Origin: a virus
Taxonomy: Duplodnaviria; Caudoviricetes
Length of the DNA stretch: 38,367 bases
IMG/VR virus record: IMGVR_UViG_3300027808_001469
Span: 1 to 38,367 of that record
Direction: 5' to 3' (one strand)
Position numbers and translations under genes: made by a program. The notes beneath the pieces are model-generated. The model was given only the letters and a program-made list of their open reading frames with translations, was not told the origin of the DNA and did not search any database. Shown piece after piece: positions 1-7,186 of the stretch; within the stretch, counting starts at the first letter, position 1, and every line of letters starts with the position of its first letter.

Positions 1-9
1 GTTTTTATA

Positions 10-83
10 TGGCAGAGGGTACTGGGATCGAACCAGTGATGACAGAGTCAAAGTCTGTAGTGTTACCGCTACACTAACCCCCA
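10..83 (-). tRNA. tRNA-Gln (anticodon UUG), CCA encoded; possibly first gene of a tRNA cluster continuing past the window edge
   Basis: Minus strand folds as a cloverleaf: TGGGGGT TA GTGT-AGCGGTA-ACAC T ACAGA-CTTTGAC-TCTGT CATC ACTGG-TTCGATC-CCAGT ACCCTCT G CCA. Confidence 0.95.
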
Positions 84-97
84 ACAGAATCCTGAAT

Positions 98-109
98 TGT
101 AAAAGAACA
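98..109 (-). promoter_or_regulatory. boxA-like antitermination motif
   Basis: TGTTCTTTTACA on minus strand versus rrn boxA TGCTCTTTAACA, lying just 5' of a tRNA gene. Confidence 0.45.
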
Positions 110-131
110 ATGTTTAAAGCACGATGGCTAG

Positions 132-169
132 AAACAAAAAACCCTCTGGATTTTCATCTCAGAGGGTTT
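132..169 (-). terminator. Intrinsic terminator (attenuator hairpin) upstream of tRNA-Gln
   Basis: Perfect 10-bp inverted repeat 139-148/160-169; minus strand reads CCCTCTG...CAGAGGG-TTTTTTGTTT. Confidence 0.85.
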
Positions 170-211
170 GGGTAAGTAGACTGGTGTCAGTTACTTCTTA
201 TCCAAACCCTC
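162..211 (-). promoter_or_regulatory. Antiterminator hairpin mutually exclusive with the 132-169 terminator
   Basis: GAGGGTTTGGATAAG (211-197) pairs 14/15 with CTTACCCAAACCCTC (176-162), which contains the terminator 5' arm. Confidence 0.75.
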
Positions 212-316
212 GTTATCCTCAATCGCATTATATCCAAATGATGTGCGTGAGCATGTCCAGCCACTTAATAGCGGGAGATGTCTTTGCATCTGTTTGGATA
301 TCATTTTCGAGTTCAT
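191..316 (-). CDS. Putative 41-aa leaderless leader peptide MNSKMISKQMQRHLPLLSGWTCSRTSFGYNAIEDNEGLDKK (not in ORF track)
   Basis: Hand translation. ATG is at the predicted +1 of the 323-351 promoter, the last codons form the antiterminator 5' arm, and the stop is TAA at 193-191. Confidence 0.6.
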   Translation of the reverse strand: MNSKMISKQMQRHLPLLSGWTCSRTSFGYNAIEDNEGLDKK

Positions 317-322
317 GATTGA

Positions 323-351
323 ATTCTATTCTTCTTTCGGTTTAAAGTCAA
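323..351 (-). promoter_or_regulatory. sigma70-type promoter TTGACT-N17-TAGAAT
   Basis: -35 at 351-346, -10 at 328-323, then 6 nt to the A of ATG at 316. Confidence 0.75.
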
Positions 352-361
352 ACTTTATTTA

Positions 362-388
362 AATAACCTTACACTTCGTAAGGTTATT
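362..388. repeat. Palindrome AATAACCTTAC-N5-GTAAGGTTATT (dispersed family, copy 1)
   Basis: Perfect 11-bp inverted repeat; related copies at 7162-7186 and 29168-29194. Confidence 0.75.
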
Positions 389-395
389 ATTTATA
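388..395 (-). promoter_or_regulatory. T4-type late promoter TATAAATA
   Basis: Exact gp55 consensus, intergenic. Confidence 0.6.
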
Positions 396-404
396 TAGGA
401 AAAA

Positions 405-767
405 TTAACGCTGATAACAAAAATTACCAGTAACAACTTGACCATTTACATATTCACTACGCAATTCGCAAACAGTATTTGGAAACTGAACCACTGGTGC
501 AGTAGTAGGATATACATACACAACTTGTGGTTGTGGAACATAAACTGGTGCTGGATGCTGTGGAATATAAACTGGTGGTTGTTGATAAACGACAACAGGT
601 GGTTTAGCTAATTGCTGATACACCCAAAGACCTGCAACTCCAGTAAGGATACCTTGTTCTCTTGCACCCCAAGCATGTGCTGCTGGCGCATAACTACAAA
701 CTGCAATAACTGATGCTACAACTAACGATGTAATCTTTTTCATTTGTAACCCTTTCCAAGTTTTCAT
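405..767 (-). CDS. Hypothetical secreted Pro/Val/Tyr-rich protein
   Basis: Signal-peptide-like MKKITSLVVASVIAVCSYAPAAHA and PVVVY/PVYIP/PVYVP repeats; start is 767 (leaderless) or 743. Confidence 0.7.
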   Translation of the reverse strand: MKTWKGLQMKKITSLVVASVIAVCSYAPAAHAWGAREQGILTGVAGLWVYQQLAKPPVVVYQQPPVYIPQHPAPVYVPQPQVVYVYPTTAPVVQFPNTVCELRSEYVNGQVVTGNFCYQR

Positions 768-773
768 AGATCT

Positions 774-802
774 ATTATACACTATTTATGAATTAATGTC
801 AA
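774..802 (-). promoter_or_regulatory. Consensus sigma70 promoter TTGACA-N17-TATAAT, with late-like CATAAATA in the spacer
   Basis: -35 at 802-797, -10 at 779-774, 6 nt to ATG at 767. Confidence 0.85.
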
Positions 803-1523
803 GCACTATTTGTTTTTCATGTAAATATAGATTTTGATTACCATCTATATTTTTAGAAAAGTAAATACCACCAGTTTCTACATTGTCTACATATCTATAA
901 TGATTTAGTGGTAAATTTAAATCCTTACAGTGATTTGGATCTATGTCGAATATAACAGAAATTCTATCATCATCTCCGATATTTTCTGCCCAATGTAATT
1001 GTTTATTATCAAACCAAAACAATGTTCCAGGTGTTATTGTTACTTCTTCATCTGCAACATAATATTTGTATGTACCTTGAATAGAAAAATGAAATCTATT
1101 TTTCCGATATTTTCTACCAAAGTCATAGTGTTTTTGTACTTTATCTCCAGGATACAACTTAGTTATTATAATTCTTACCAATTCTGTTTTCAAACATGGG
1201 AATTTAGAAGAAAGACGTTCTAATAACAATGGATAGTCTTGAAATAATTCTGTTTTTCTAAACTCTACTAGTGGACTATCATAAATTTGACTAAGTCTAT
1301 CCCAGTCTTCATAAGAATGTTCCTCTTCAGGCTTTCCAATTTTGTATGATCCAGAGACTAAAAAAATATCCTTTTCATGAGCAGATCTGGTTGGTTCACA
1401 GTGAATTTTACCAGACTTAACTAGATCATGGTTTCGTTTCCAGTTAATTGAATTTGTAATAACTACTTCCTCACATATGGAAGAAACGTCCAAATTATCT
1501 TCAATTATTTTTATATGCTTCAT
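786..1523 (-). CDS. Asp/Asn beta-hydroxylase-like 2OG-Fe(II)/cupin oxygenase
   Basis: HYD, RFHFSIQG and WFDNKQLHWAEN-x5-RISVIFD motifs. Confidence 0.7.
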   Translation of the reverse strand: MKHIKIIEDNLDVSSICEEVVITNSINWKRNHDLVKSGKIHCEPTRSAHEKDIFLVSGSYKIGKPEEEHSYEDWDRLSQIYDSPLVEFRKTELFQDYPLLLERLSSKFPCLKTELVRIIITKLYPGDKVQKHYDFGRKYRKNRFHFSIQGTYKYYVADEEVTITPGTLFWFDNKQLHWAENIGDDDRISVIFDIDPNHCKDLNLPLNHYRYVDNVETGGIYFSKNIDGNQNLYLHEKQIVLDINS

Positions 1524-1957
1524 TAATTTATTTTGAGAACTTCAATATTGCATTTATTTAAAAAGTCTATACCAGCGTCATCTCTATAAAAATTTCTGTA
1601 GTAAATATTACTTATGCCTGCACCATAGATTAGTTTAGCACAGTGCACACAAGGAGCATGTGTAATAAACATAGTGGCTTTATCACCACTATCTCCACTC
1701 TTTGCTAGTTTAGAGATTGCATTGGCTTCTGCATGAATCACTTCGTCTTTTGTCTTAGTGACCACTCCACCATCTTCATGAATCTCAACGACCTCTTCGC
1801 ATTCGTTTGTCCATCCAGACGGCATACCATTATATCCGATTGAGATGATACGATTGTCTTTTACGACAACTGCACCAACCTGCAATCTAACTGCACTAGA
1901 CAACTGGGCGAATCTCTCCGCTGTGTCCATGAATGCGCTGACCCATTTTTGTTTCAT
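1523..1957 (-). CDS. cd: dCMP deaminase
   Basis: VGAVVVKD, IGYNG, HAEANAI, PCVHC zinc motifs; start at MKQKW (1957) overlapping the upstream stop. Confidence 0.92.
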   Translation of the reverse strand: MKQKWVSAFMDTAERFAQLSSAVRLQVGAVVVKDNRIISIGYNGMPSGWTNECEEVVEIHEDGGVVTKTKDEVIHAEANAISKLAKSGDSGDKATMFITHAPCVHCAKLIYGAGISNIYYRNFYRDDAGIDFLNKCNIEVLKIN

Positions 1958-2385
1958 TTTGCTGCCAGTTTCTCTTTCCATTGAGCAACAGCTGGGATGA
2001 TACCTGCATCTGATACAAGTTTCCATGTAATCTTTGGATACATCTTCTGCAACTTCTGATCTTTAACTGCGATAAGAATTGCAGCTTCAGTAGGATGGAT
2101 ACCTTCCAACAGACCAATAAACAATCCTTCTCGTTTGAGTGGCTTTAGATCTTGACGGATGAACACATACATTTTCTTTGATTCAAGAAATAAGTTTGTG
2201 TCACACATTCCAATTGGTTGATCAGCAGGTTTAAATGGTGGTTCACCTTCAGGCAGTAGCATCTTATGCGATGGCAAGAAGTTATGAGCAAACAATACTT
2301 TCAATAAAAATTCATCTTTATGTTTCTCAATTGTCTTTGGATCATCATTGATCTCTTTAAGAATCTCGGTCAAATATTGTTTCAT
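1954..2385 (-). CDS. Conserved T4-like hypothetical protein downstream of rnh
   Basis: LPEGEPPFKP and KREGLFIGLLEGIHPTEA motifs; ATG coupled to rnh stop. Confidence 0.75.
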   Translation of the reverse strand: MKQYLTEILKEINDDPKTIEKHKDEFLLKVLFAHNFLPSHKMLLPEGEPPFKPADQPIGMCDTNLFLESKKMYVFIRQDLKPLKREGLFIGLLEGIHPTEAAILIAVKDQKLQKMYPKITWKLVSDAGIIPAVAQWKEKLAAK

Positions 2386-3278
2386 TAAAAATCCTCTAGT
2401 TCGTCTAATAGTAAACGGCAACGATGCTCAATCAAATAGTTCATGATAGTCATCTTATCACCACTTGGTTGTGTATTTATGTACGCTTTGATAATGTCTT
2501 CTGAAACATCTGCAGGAATATGATCAAAGTCAACAAGAGTAGAATTGCGATGCCAGTTGCGTCGTTCTTCATCGTTCTTACATGCAAGGAATCCATTGTC
2601 AAAGAACTCTTGGAGTCGTTTAGCACTCATTGGCTTTTGTCGTTCACCTTTCATGAATACATCGTCTTTACTCAGGATGTTTGGCACTCCGTCACCAGTA
2701 TCTCCCTTAACGATATGCTCTATCTTGTGCTCAATGATTTCTTTATTAGAAGCAGTAATGTATTTCCTCTGCATTGGAGACCACTGCTTTACATTGCTAA
2801 ACAATTGTAACTGTTTGAAGTCTTTATCCGATGACAGAATCAATACTTTCTGTGGATCCTCTACTAGTCCTTGTTGAACTAGAAGATTCTCTTGCAGATA
2901 CTTAACCATAACTGCAATGATGTCATCTGCTTCTGCACGATCTACATGCAACACACGATAAGGAAAGTGTGCTGCAAGATCAGTACGCATCTCAGATAAA
3001 GTATCAAAGATCAAACTCCAGTTTAGATCTGACTTATCACGATTACTTTTGCGCATACCTTTATAGAACTCAAAGAATTCCTTGCGCCAGTACTTACGAC
3101 CATCACAACAGATAACCATCTCTCCATATTCTTTACCATACTTTTTCTTGTATGATTTAAGAGTGGACAAGGTAACATGACGAATAAGATTCTTTACCTC
3201 AGACTCTGCACCTTTCAACTCTCGCTGAAAAGTTAGAATACCTGCAAGTGCTACCTGACTATAATCAACTAAAATCAT
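2385..3278 (-). CDS. rnh: RNase H / 5'-3' flap exonuclease, T4 rnh family
   Basis: ILVDYSQ, YWRK..YK..R, EADDIIA, SSDKDF, KGDTGDGVPN. Confidence 0.93.
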   Translation of the reverse strand: MILVDYSQVALAGILTFQRELKGAESEVKNLIRHVTLSTLKSYKKKYGKEYGEMVICCDGRKYWRKEFFEFYKGMRKSNRDKSDLNWSLIFDTLSEMRTDLAAHFPYRVLHVDRAEADDIIAVMVKYLQENLLVQQGLVEDPQKVLILSSDKDFKQLQLFSNVKQWSPMQRKYITASNKEIIEHKIEHIVKGDTGDGVPNILSKDDVFMKGERQKPMSAKRLQEFFDNGFLACKNDEERRNWHRNSTLVDFDHIPADVSEDIIKAYINTQPSGDKMTIMNYLIEHRCRLLLDELEDF

Positions 3279-3484
3279 ATAAGTTTTCCAATGGTATTAT
3301 AAATTAACTCATCTATTTCTTTCTGATAGTCTTTTCCAAGACGACGCTTCATCCAGATAGATGTAATCTGTTCTTCTAATTCATGTACAATACCAGTGCC
3401 TTCAATCTTGCGATGTTTGATTTCTTCAATCAACTCTTCATCAGAAAAATCTTCTAAGTTAATTTCAACTTCCATGTAAGCCAT
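3275..3484 (-). CDS. Small acidic hypothetical protein
   Basis: ATG overlaps the upstream TGA; LEDFSDEELIEE. Confidence 0.65.
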   Translation of the reverse strand: MAYMEVEINLEDFSDEELIEEIKHRKIEGTGIVHELEEQITSIWMKRRLGKDYQKEIDELIYNTIGKLI

Positions 3485-4596
3485 CAAAATGCTCCAAGTA
3501 AAATACATTCTTCATTGACACGACCATTTGGTACAGTTGCTTTAGTGGTCAATGTCTTCATTGCGTTATTCAATGCTCGTTTACCAAGAGCAAGTCCTTT
3601 GAAGAACTCTTCTGGCTTACGTAACATCAGTGTCTTAGATTCTTTAATGTCGAATCCGATAAGTGTAGTACCTTTGACTGTGAGCACATCATTGATTGCT
3701 TTGTAAACAGTAACCTTACGATACTTTGTATTGTACACCCAAACTTCAGATGAACCAACAATGGTCTCTGGCTTGATTGATTTGAGATTGAAGTCAGCAA
3801 ATTCTTTCAGGTACTTCATCTTAGCAACGATCTTGACAGGTGGTTGTGGTTTGCGTTTACGTGGAGCACGATTCGCTTTGGCAGTCTGTACTTGTTGTTG
3901 GCAGTCAGTAATAATACCTTCCAAGAACTCAGCAAACTTCTTTAGCTCTCGTTTAGTGAGATGCGAGTAACCTTCTACCAGTTGTTCATCTTCTCCTTCA
4001 AGTGCTTCACGAATCTCTTGGGCACTACCCACAAATAATTCTCCGATGCGTTTAGCAATGGGTCCAGCCACTTGATTAGAAAGAAGGTAATTCTTTGTTG
4101 AAAATGTACTCTTGCATCCACTGAGAATAAATTCATCAATTTCGCCTTCAATTTCTCCAGCAAGATCATGTGCTTTTTCTTCCATGCGTTCTTGGATGCT
4201 GACTACAGGTGTTGTTTCTTTTGCAACTTCCACTTGTTCGACAATTTTGTTAGCATCTGCCAGCAACTCTTTTAACTTAGTGGTGAAGAATGGGCTGAAC
4301 TCAGTCAATTGTTTGATATCAGTCTGCTCATTTGACATGAGACGACACAATGAACCAAATGTCTGAAATTTGTGGTCAGGAAGTTTCTTCAACTGCTTTG
4401 CGATCTTTGGTTCTTTCTTAGAGAAGAACTCAAGTGCAAATAGTCGTTGTTCCTTGGCACCAGTTTGTACTGAGTAGTAAGTCAACGCACGACTCAGACT
4501 AACTTGGTAGTCCAGCTGGTCGATCGTTGGCTCAAACTTCTTCTGTGATGCTAAGATTGCTTGATTCTTTGCTCTGCGTTTTGCTGTCACTGCCAT
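3484..4596 (-). CDS. Conserved T4-like hypothetical early protein
   Basis: GGAG SD before MAVTA; C-terminal WVYNTKYRK, VKGTTLIGFD, LRKPE, NGRVNE motifs. Confidence 0.75.
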   Translation of the reverse strand: MAVTAKRRAKNQAILASQKKFEPTIDQLDYQVSLSRALTYYSVQTGAKEQRLFALEFFSKKEPKIAKQLKKLPDHKFQTFGSLCRLMSNEQTDIKQLTEFSPFFTTKLKELLADANKIVEQVEVAKETTPVVSIQERMEEKAHDLAGEIEGEIDEFILSGCKSTFSTKNYLLSNQVAGPIAKRIGELFVGSAQEIREALEGEDEQLVEGYSHLTKRELKKFAEFLEGIITDCQQQVQTAKANRAPRKRKPQPPVKIVAKMKYLKEFADFNLKSIKPETIVGSSEVWVYNTKYRKVTVYKAINDVLTVKGTTLIGFDIKESKTLMLRKPEEFFKGLALGKRALNNAMKTLTTKATVPNGRVNEECILLGAF

Positions 4597-4619
4597 GTTT
4601 TTCTCCATAATATAGATCT

Positions 4620-4648
4620 ATTATACCGCAATTCGCAATTAAAGACAA
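4620..4648 (-). promoter_or_regulatory. Early/middle promoter TTGTCT-N17-TATAAT
   Basis: GTGCTTGTCTTTAATTGC...TATAAT, nearly identical to the 7081-7109 promoter. Confidence 0.8.
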
Positions 4649-4651
4649 GCA

Positions 4652-4906
4652 CTATTTTGAAGTAATTTTCTCGTATAGTTCCACAAAATCCTCGTGGTCT
4701 GCAACTTCTTGTGCGAGATTCTGCTTATGATAGGTCTTTGCAATCTTGGAAATAACTTTCTTAGGAATTTGCAATGTATCAGATTTTTCTTTAACGATTT
4801 CTCGAATAAGATCTCGCTCTGCTTCAGTGCGTAGCATTGAATTGCTAATCTCTTGAATAGCACCTTGCAAATCTTTTTTCTGTTCGGGTGTTAATGCGTA
4901 ATTCAT
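4652..4906 (-). CDS. dsbA: T4 DsbA-like dsDNA-binding protein / transcriptional regulator
   Basis: 84 aa, KIAKTYHKQNL...EDFVELYE pattern, near rnh as in T4-like genomes. Confidence 0.65.
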   Translation of the reverse strand: MNYALTPEQKKDLQGAIQEISNSMLRTEAERDLIREIVKEKSDTLQIPKKVISKIAKTYHKQNLAQEVADHEDFVELYEKITSK

Positions 4907-5094
4907 TTCTTGCTCCCAAATGATACACCATTAGTTCCACCAACTACACCACCAAGAATGACTGTTGCCACCCAAGTTTCAAATGTGACTGGGATTGCCA
5001 ATGCTGGAAATAATATATTTAAAGACCAAATAGTTGCTAGTGGGAATAAAACTAGCAATATCAATATCACTGCTACTACAAATAAAATCTTCAT
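4903..5094 (-). CDS. Small two-TM membrane protein
   Basis: Hydrophobic ORF with ATGA overlap; IWSLNILFP motif. Confidence 0.65.
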   Translation of the reverse strand: MKILFVVAVILILLVLFPLATIWSLNILFPALAIPVTFETWVATVILGGVVGGTNGVSFGSKK

Positions 5095-5393
5095 AGTGTA
5101 AACCCCACTTTAGTTACTGATTCCCAGCGGAAAGATCTCCACTCGGATTTTTCTGTGTCAAAGACCCGAACTGTGGATCCATCAGCCTTGCTAGATGCCC
5201 CTGTGCTTTTCGGAATCTTATCGGTTGGGATTCTGCCTTCAACAAGGGTACATTGCATGGCTCTTTCGGTGCCATCTTTTTTGGTGAAAGTAACGCACAG
5301 ATCTTTGATGTTGTCATCGTGTAGAACTCCTAGTGTCCATGTTTTAAACTCTTCAAATTCTTTATCGGTCTTGAATATTGTCTGCATTGACAT
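5091..5393 (-). CDS. WYL_2/Sm-like SH3 beta-barrel protein
   Basis: VTFTKKDGTERAMQCTL...VFDTEKSEWRSFR. Confidence 0.75.
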   Translation of the reverse strand: MSMQTIFKTDKEFEEFKTWTLGVLHDDNIKDLCVTFTKKDGTERAMQCTLVEGRIPTDKIPKSTGASSKADGSTVRVFDTEKSEWRSFRWESVTKVGFTL

Positions 5394-5622
5394 TATCTAA
5401 TCTCACTTTCAATTCATTAACTATCGGTTCAAAAAATTCTTTAAATTCTTTAGGTTCAAAGAAACACGTGTGTCCATTATCAATTATAACTTTGCCAGAT
5501 TCATCAACTAGCTTGTTTTTGATTGTAAATTCAATCGTCTCATAAGTGGCACCCACATTATGATTTTTGATTTTAATTGATCTTGTTAAACCTTCTCGGT
5601 AAAGTTCATACTCCAAGTCCAT
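5362..5622 (-). CDS. Hypothetical protein
   Basis: ORF in packed operon. Confidence 0.6.
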   Translation of the reverse strand: MDLEYELYREGLTRSIKIKNHNVGATYETIEFTIKNKLVDESGKVIIDNGHTCFFEPKEFKEFFEPIVNELKVRLDNVNADNIQDR

Positions 5623-5734
5623 GGTCTGCCTTTCTATGTTTTGGTTGACGAATGTACTGAACCTTGCTCTCCACTTTTCGCATGCGATATTTTGGAGTGC
5701 GTAAATCTTTTGCTATTAGATTTCTAGGTTTCAT
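5606..5734 (-). CDS. 42-aa basic peptide MKPRNLIAKDLRTPKYRMRKVESKVQYIRQPKHRKADHGLGV, ArfA-like (not in ORF track)
   Basis: Hand translation. ATG at +1 of the 5741-5769 promoter; N..A..L..P.YR.R.....K..Y.R..KH pattern resembles ArfA. Confidence 0.6.
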   Translation of the reverse strand: MKPRNLIAKDLRTPKYRMRKVESKVQYIRQPKHRKADHGLGV

Positions 5735-5740
5735 TGTCTT

Positions 5741-5769
5741 ATTATACACGATCTTTCCTTACAAGGCAA
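5741..5769 (-). promoter_or_regulatory. Promoter TTGCCT-N17-TATAAT
   Basis: -35 at 5769-5764, -10 at 5746-5741, 6 nt to ATG 5734. Confidence 0.75.
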
Positions 5770-5980
5770 ATTTCTTTAATAGTTGTTTTGCATCTTTGCA
5801 GTCACCAATTAAATTATCCATTTCTGCAAGAACAATCATTTGTTGCAGGTTGTCTGCAAGTAGTTGGTCTTCCTCATCCAATAGAGCATACCATTCCTCG
5901 AATTCTTCCAGAGAATCTAGTGACCACATATGATCAAGCATCTCAACTTGATATTCAGTTAGGTTTTCAATTTGAATCAT
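5759..5980 (-). CDS. Small acidic hypothetical protein
   Basis: ATGA overlap with upstream gene. Confidence 0.65.
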   Translation of the reverse strand: MIQIENLTEYQVEMLDHMWSLDSLEEFEEWYALLDEEDQLLADNLQQMIVLAEMDNLIGDCKDAKQLLKKFAL

Positions 5981-6279
5981 GCTGCATCCTTAAAAATATT
6001 GGACCATGTCATCAGCTTGTTCAACTTTTCGTTCTTTGCAGTTAGCAGTGCAGCTTCGCTGACGATACCATTCTCGATAAGCAATTCAATCATGCACATC
6101 AGATCACCTAGTTCTTCCTCCAGATGTTCTCGATTCGTCTGACCTTTATATTCATCGTCCATACCAAACCGAAACACCTTGCTAATAGCCTGTGTTACCT
6201 CGGCACATTCTTCCTGCGTAATCAACAGTATCTCACTATCGATTGCATTCTTGTGTTTCATTACTGCAAACTTATTCAT
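5977..6279 (-). CDS. MazG-like NTP pyrophosphohydrolase
   Basis: EECAEV..AISK..RFG and LEEELGDL motifs; start MNKF after GGGG SD. Confidence 0.8.
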   Translation of the reverse strand: MNKFAVMKHKNAIDSEILLITQEECAEVTQAISKVFRFGMDDEYKGQTNREHLEEELGDLMCMIELLIENGIVSEAALLTAKNEKLNKLMTWSNIFKDAA

Positions 6280-6280
6280 A

Positions 6281-6511
6281 TCAACCCCAATCTTTTTTAT
6301 CACCGTATTTTTCATTCCACTGAAACCCTGCGTCATATGCAGCGACTTCTGCAATTGTCATTTCACTCACGTCCACAAGAGGGCTATTTAAAGTATCACC
6401 AACGTAGTAGTGTGGTCTGTATCCACGATGGTAGTAAGAATCTGCTCTACCACGATCAAATGGTCCACCATGTCGTACGTCATATGTATCAGTCACTAGC
6501 GTATCAGTCAT
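6281..6511 (-). CDS. Hypothetical phage protein
   Basis: RHGGPFDRGRADSYY...YDAGF motif; GAGG SD before MTDT. Confidence 0.7.
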   Translation of the reverse strand: MTDTLVTDTYDVRHGGPFDRGRADSYYHRGYRPHYYVGDTLNSPLVDVSEMTIAEVAAYDAGFQWNEKYGDKKDWG

Positions 6512-6683
6512 ATTCTGCCTCATACATCATAGATTGATGTTCGTACTGTTTGTCCAACTCTTCAGAGATAAGACAAACATCAGCCAGAGTCATACCAAAT
6601 TTGGTAGCAATCTCAGGGAAGGACAAGAGTCCATCTTCGATGGCTTCTTCGATAGCAAACACTACATTTTTCATTGCACCCAT
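6504..6683 (-). CDS. 59-aa hypothetical protein, possible HTH (not in ORF track)
   Basis: MGAMKNVVFAIEEAIEDGLLSFPEIATKFGMTLADV...; TAATG coupling and GGAG SD. Confidence 0.65.
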   Translation of the reverse strand: MGAMKNVVFAIEEAIEDGLLSFPEIATKFGMTLADVCLISEELDKQYEHQSMMYEAEYD

Positions 6684-6847
6684 TATTTCACTCCAGTCAT
6701 AGCACGAACACCACTGTACATAACAGCAAGCCCAGCAAGAGCCACCATTGTCGCAGTAAAAACGCTAGCACTTGGATCGTGATCCAAAGCACCAACAGCA
6801 CCAAAAACCAGCATAAAACCGACGAAAGCACGGATTGAACCCTTCAT
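6683..6847 (-). CDS. 54-aa two-TM membrane protein (not in ORF track)
   Basis: MKGSIRAFVGFMLVFGAVGALDHDPSASVFTATMVALAGLAVMYSGVRAMTGVK; GAGG SD, ATGA overlap. Confidence 0.65.
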   Translation of the reverse strand: MKGSIRAFVGFMLVFGAVGALDHDPSASVFTATMVALAGLAVMYSGVRAMTGVK

Positions 6848-7074
6848 ATTACCCTCACAATAAAACCATAAACATAAACTACCAACAAACCCACATTGAC
6901 AACGACCAAACTTGCACGTTTGATTCTAACTGCCCAGATCAACCAAAGGATGGAACCTAGATTGAACAAGTAGATGTTCAGCGGATCGATAGCTAAAGCA
7001 GTTGCAATTGCAGCACCCACTGTAACGATCGTGGCAGACCATTCCAATAACGTATTCACTTTTTCACTTTTCAT
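6844..7074 (-). CDS. Small three-TM membrane protein
   Basis: Three hydrophobic segments; ATG at +1 of the 7081-7109 promoter. Confidence 0.7.
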   Translation of the reverse strand: MKSEKVNTLLEWSATIVTVGAAIATALAIDPLNIYLFNLGSILWLIWAVRIKRASLVVVNVGLLVVYVYGFIVRVI

Positions 7075-7080
7075 ACAACT

Positions 7081-7109
7081 ATTATACATCGTATTGCAAT
7101 TAAAGACAA
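7081..7109 (-). promoter_or_regulatory. Early/middle promoter TTGTCT-N17-TATAAT
   Basis: -35 at 7109-7104, -10 at 7086-7081. Confidence 0.8.
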
Positions 7110-7124
7110 GCACCTTTTGACAAT

Positions 7125-7149
7125 AAAAAACCCCTGTATCTACAGGGGC
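7125..7149 (-). terminator. Intrinsic terminator
   Basis: CCCCTGTA-GA-TACAGGGG-TTTTTT on minus strand, after the GT2 gene. Confidence 0.8.
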
Positions 7150-7161
7150 TTAGGAAGGGGA

Positions 7162-7186
7162 ATAACCTTACAGGTCGTAGGGTTAT
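7162..7186. repeat. Palindrome ATAACCTTAC-N5-GTAGGGTTAT (copy 2)
   Basis: 9/10 inverted repeat matching 362-388. Confidence 0.7.

Noticed and set aside
124-318. 64-aa plus-strand ORF in the track
   Set aside because: Antisense to the tRNA, promoter and terminator polarity. The minus-strand 191-316 ORF explains the region better.
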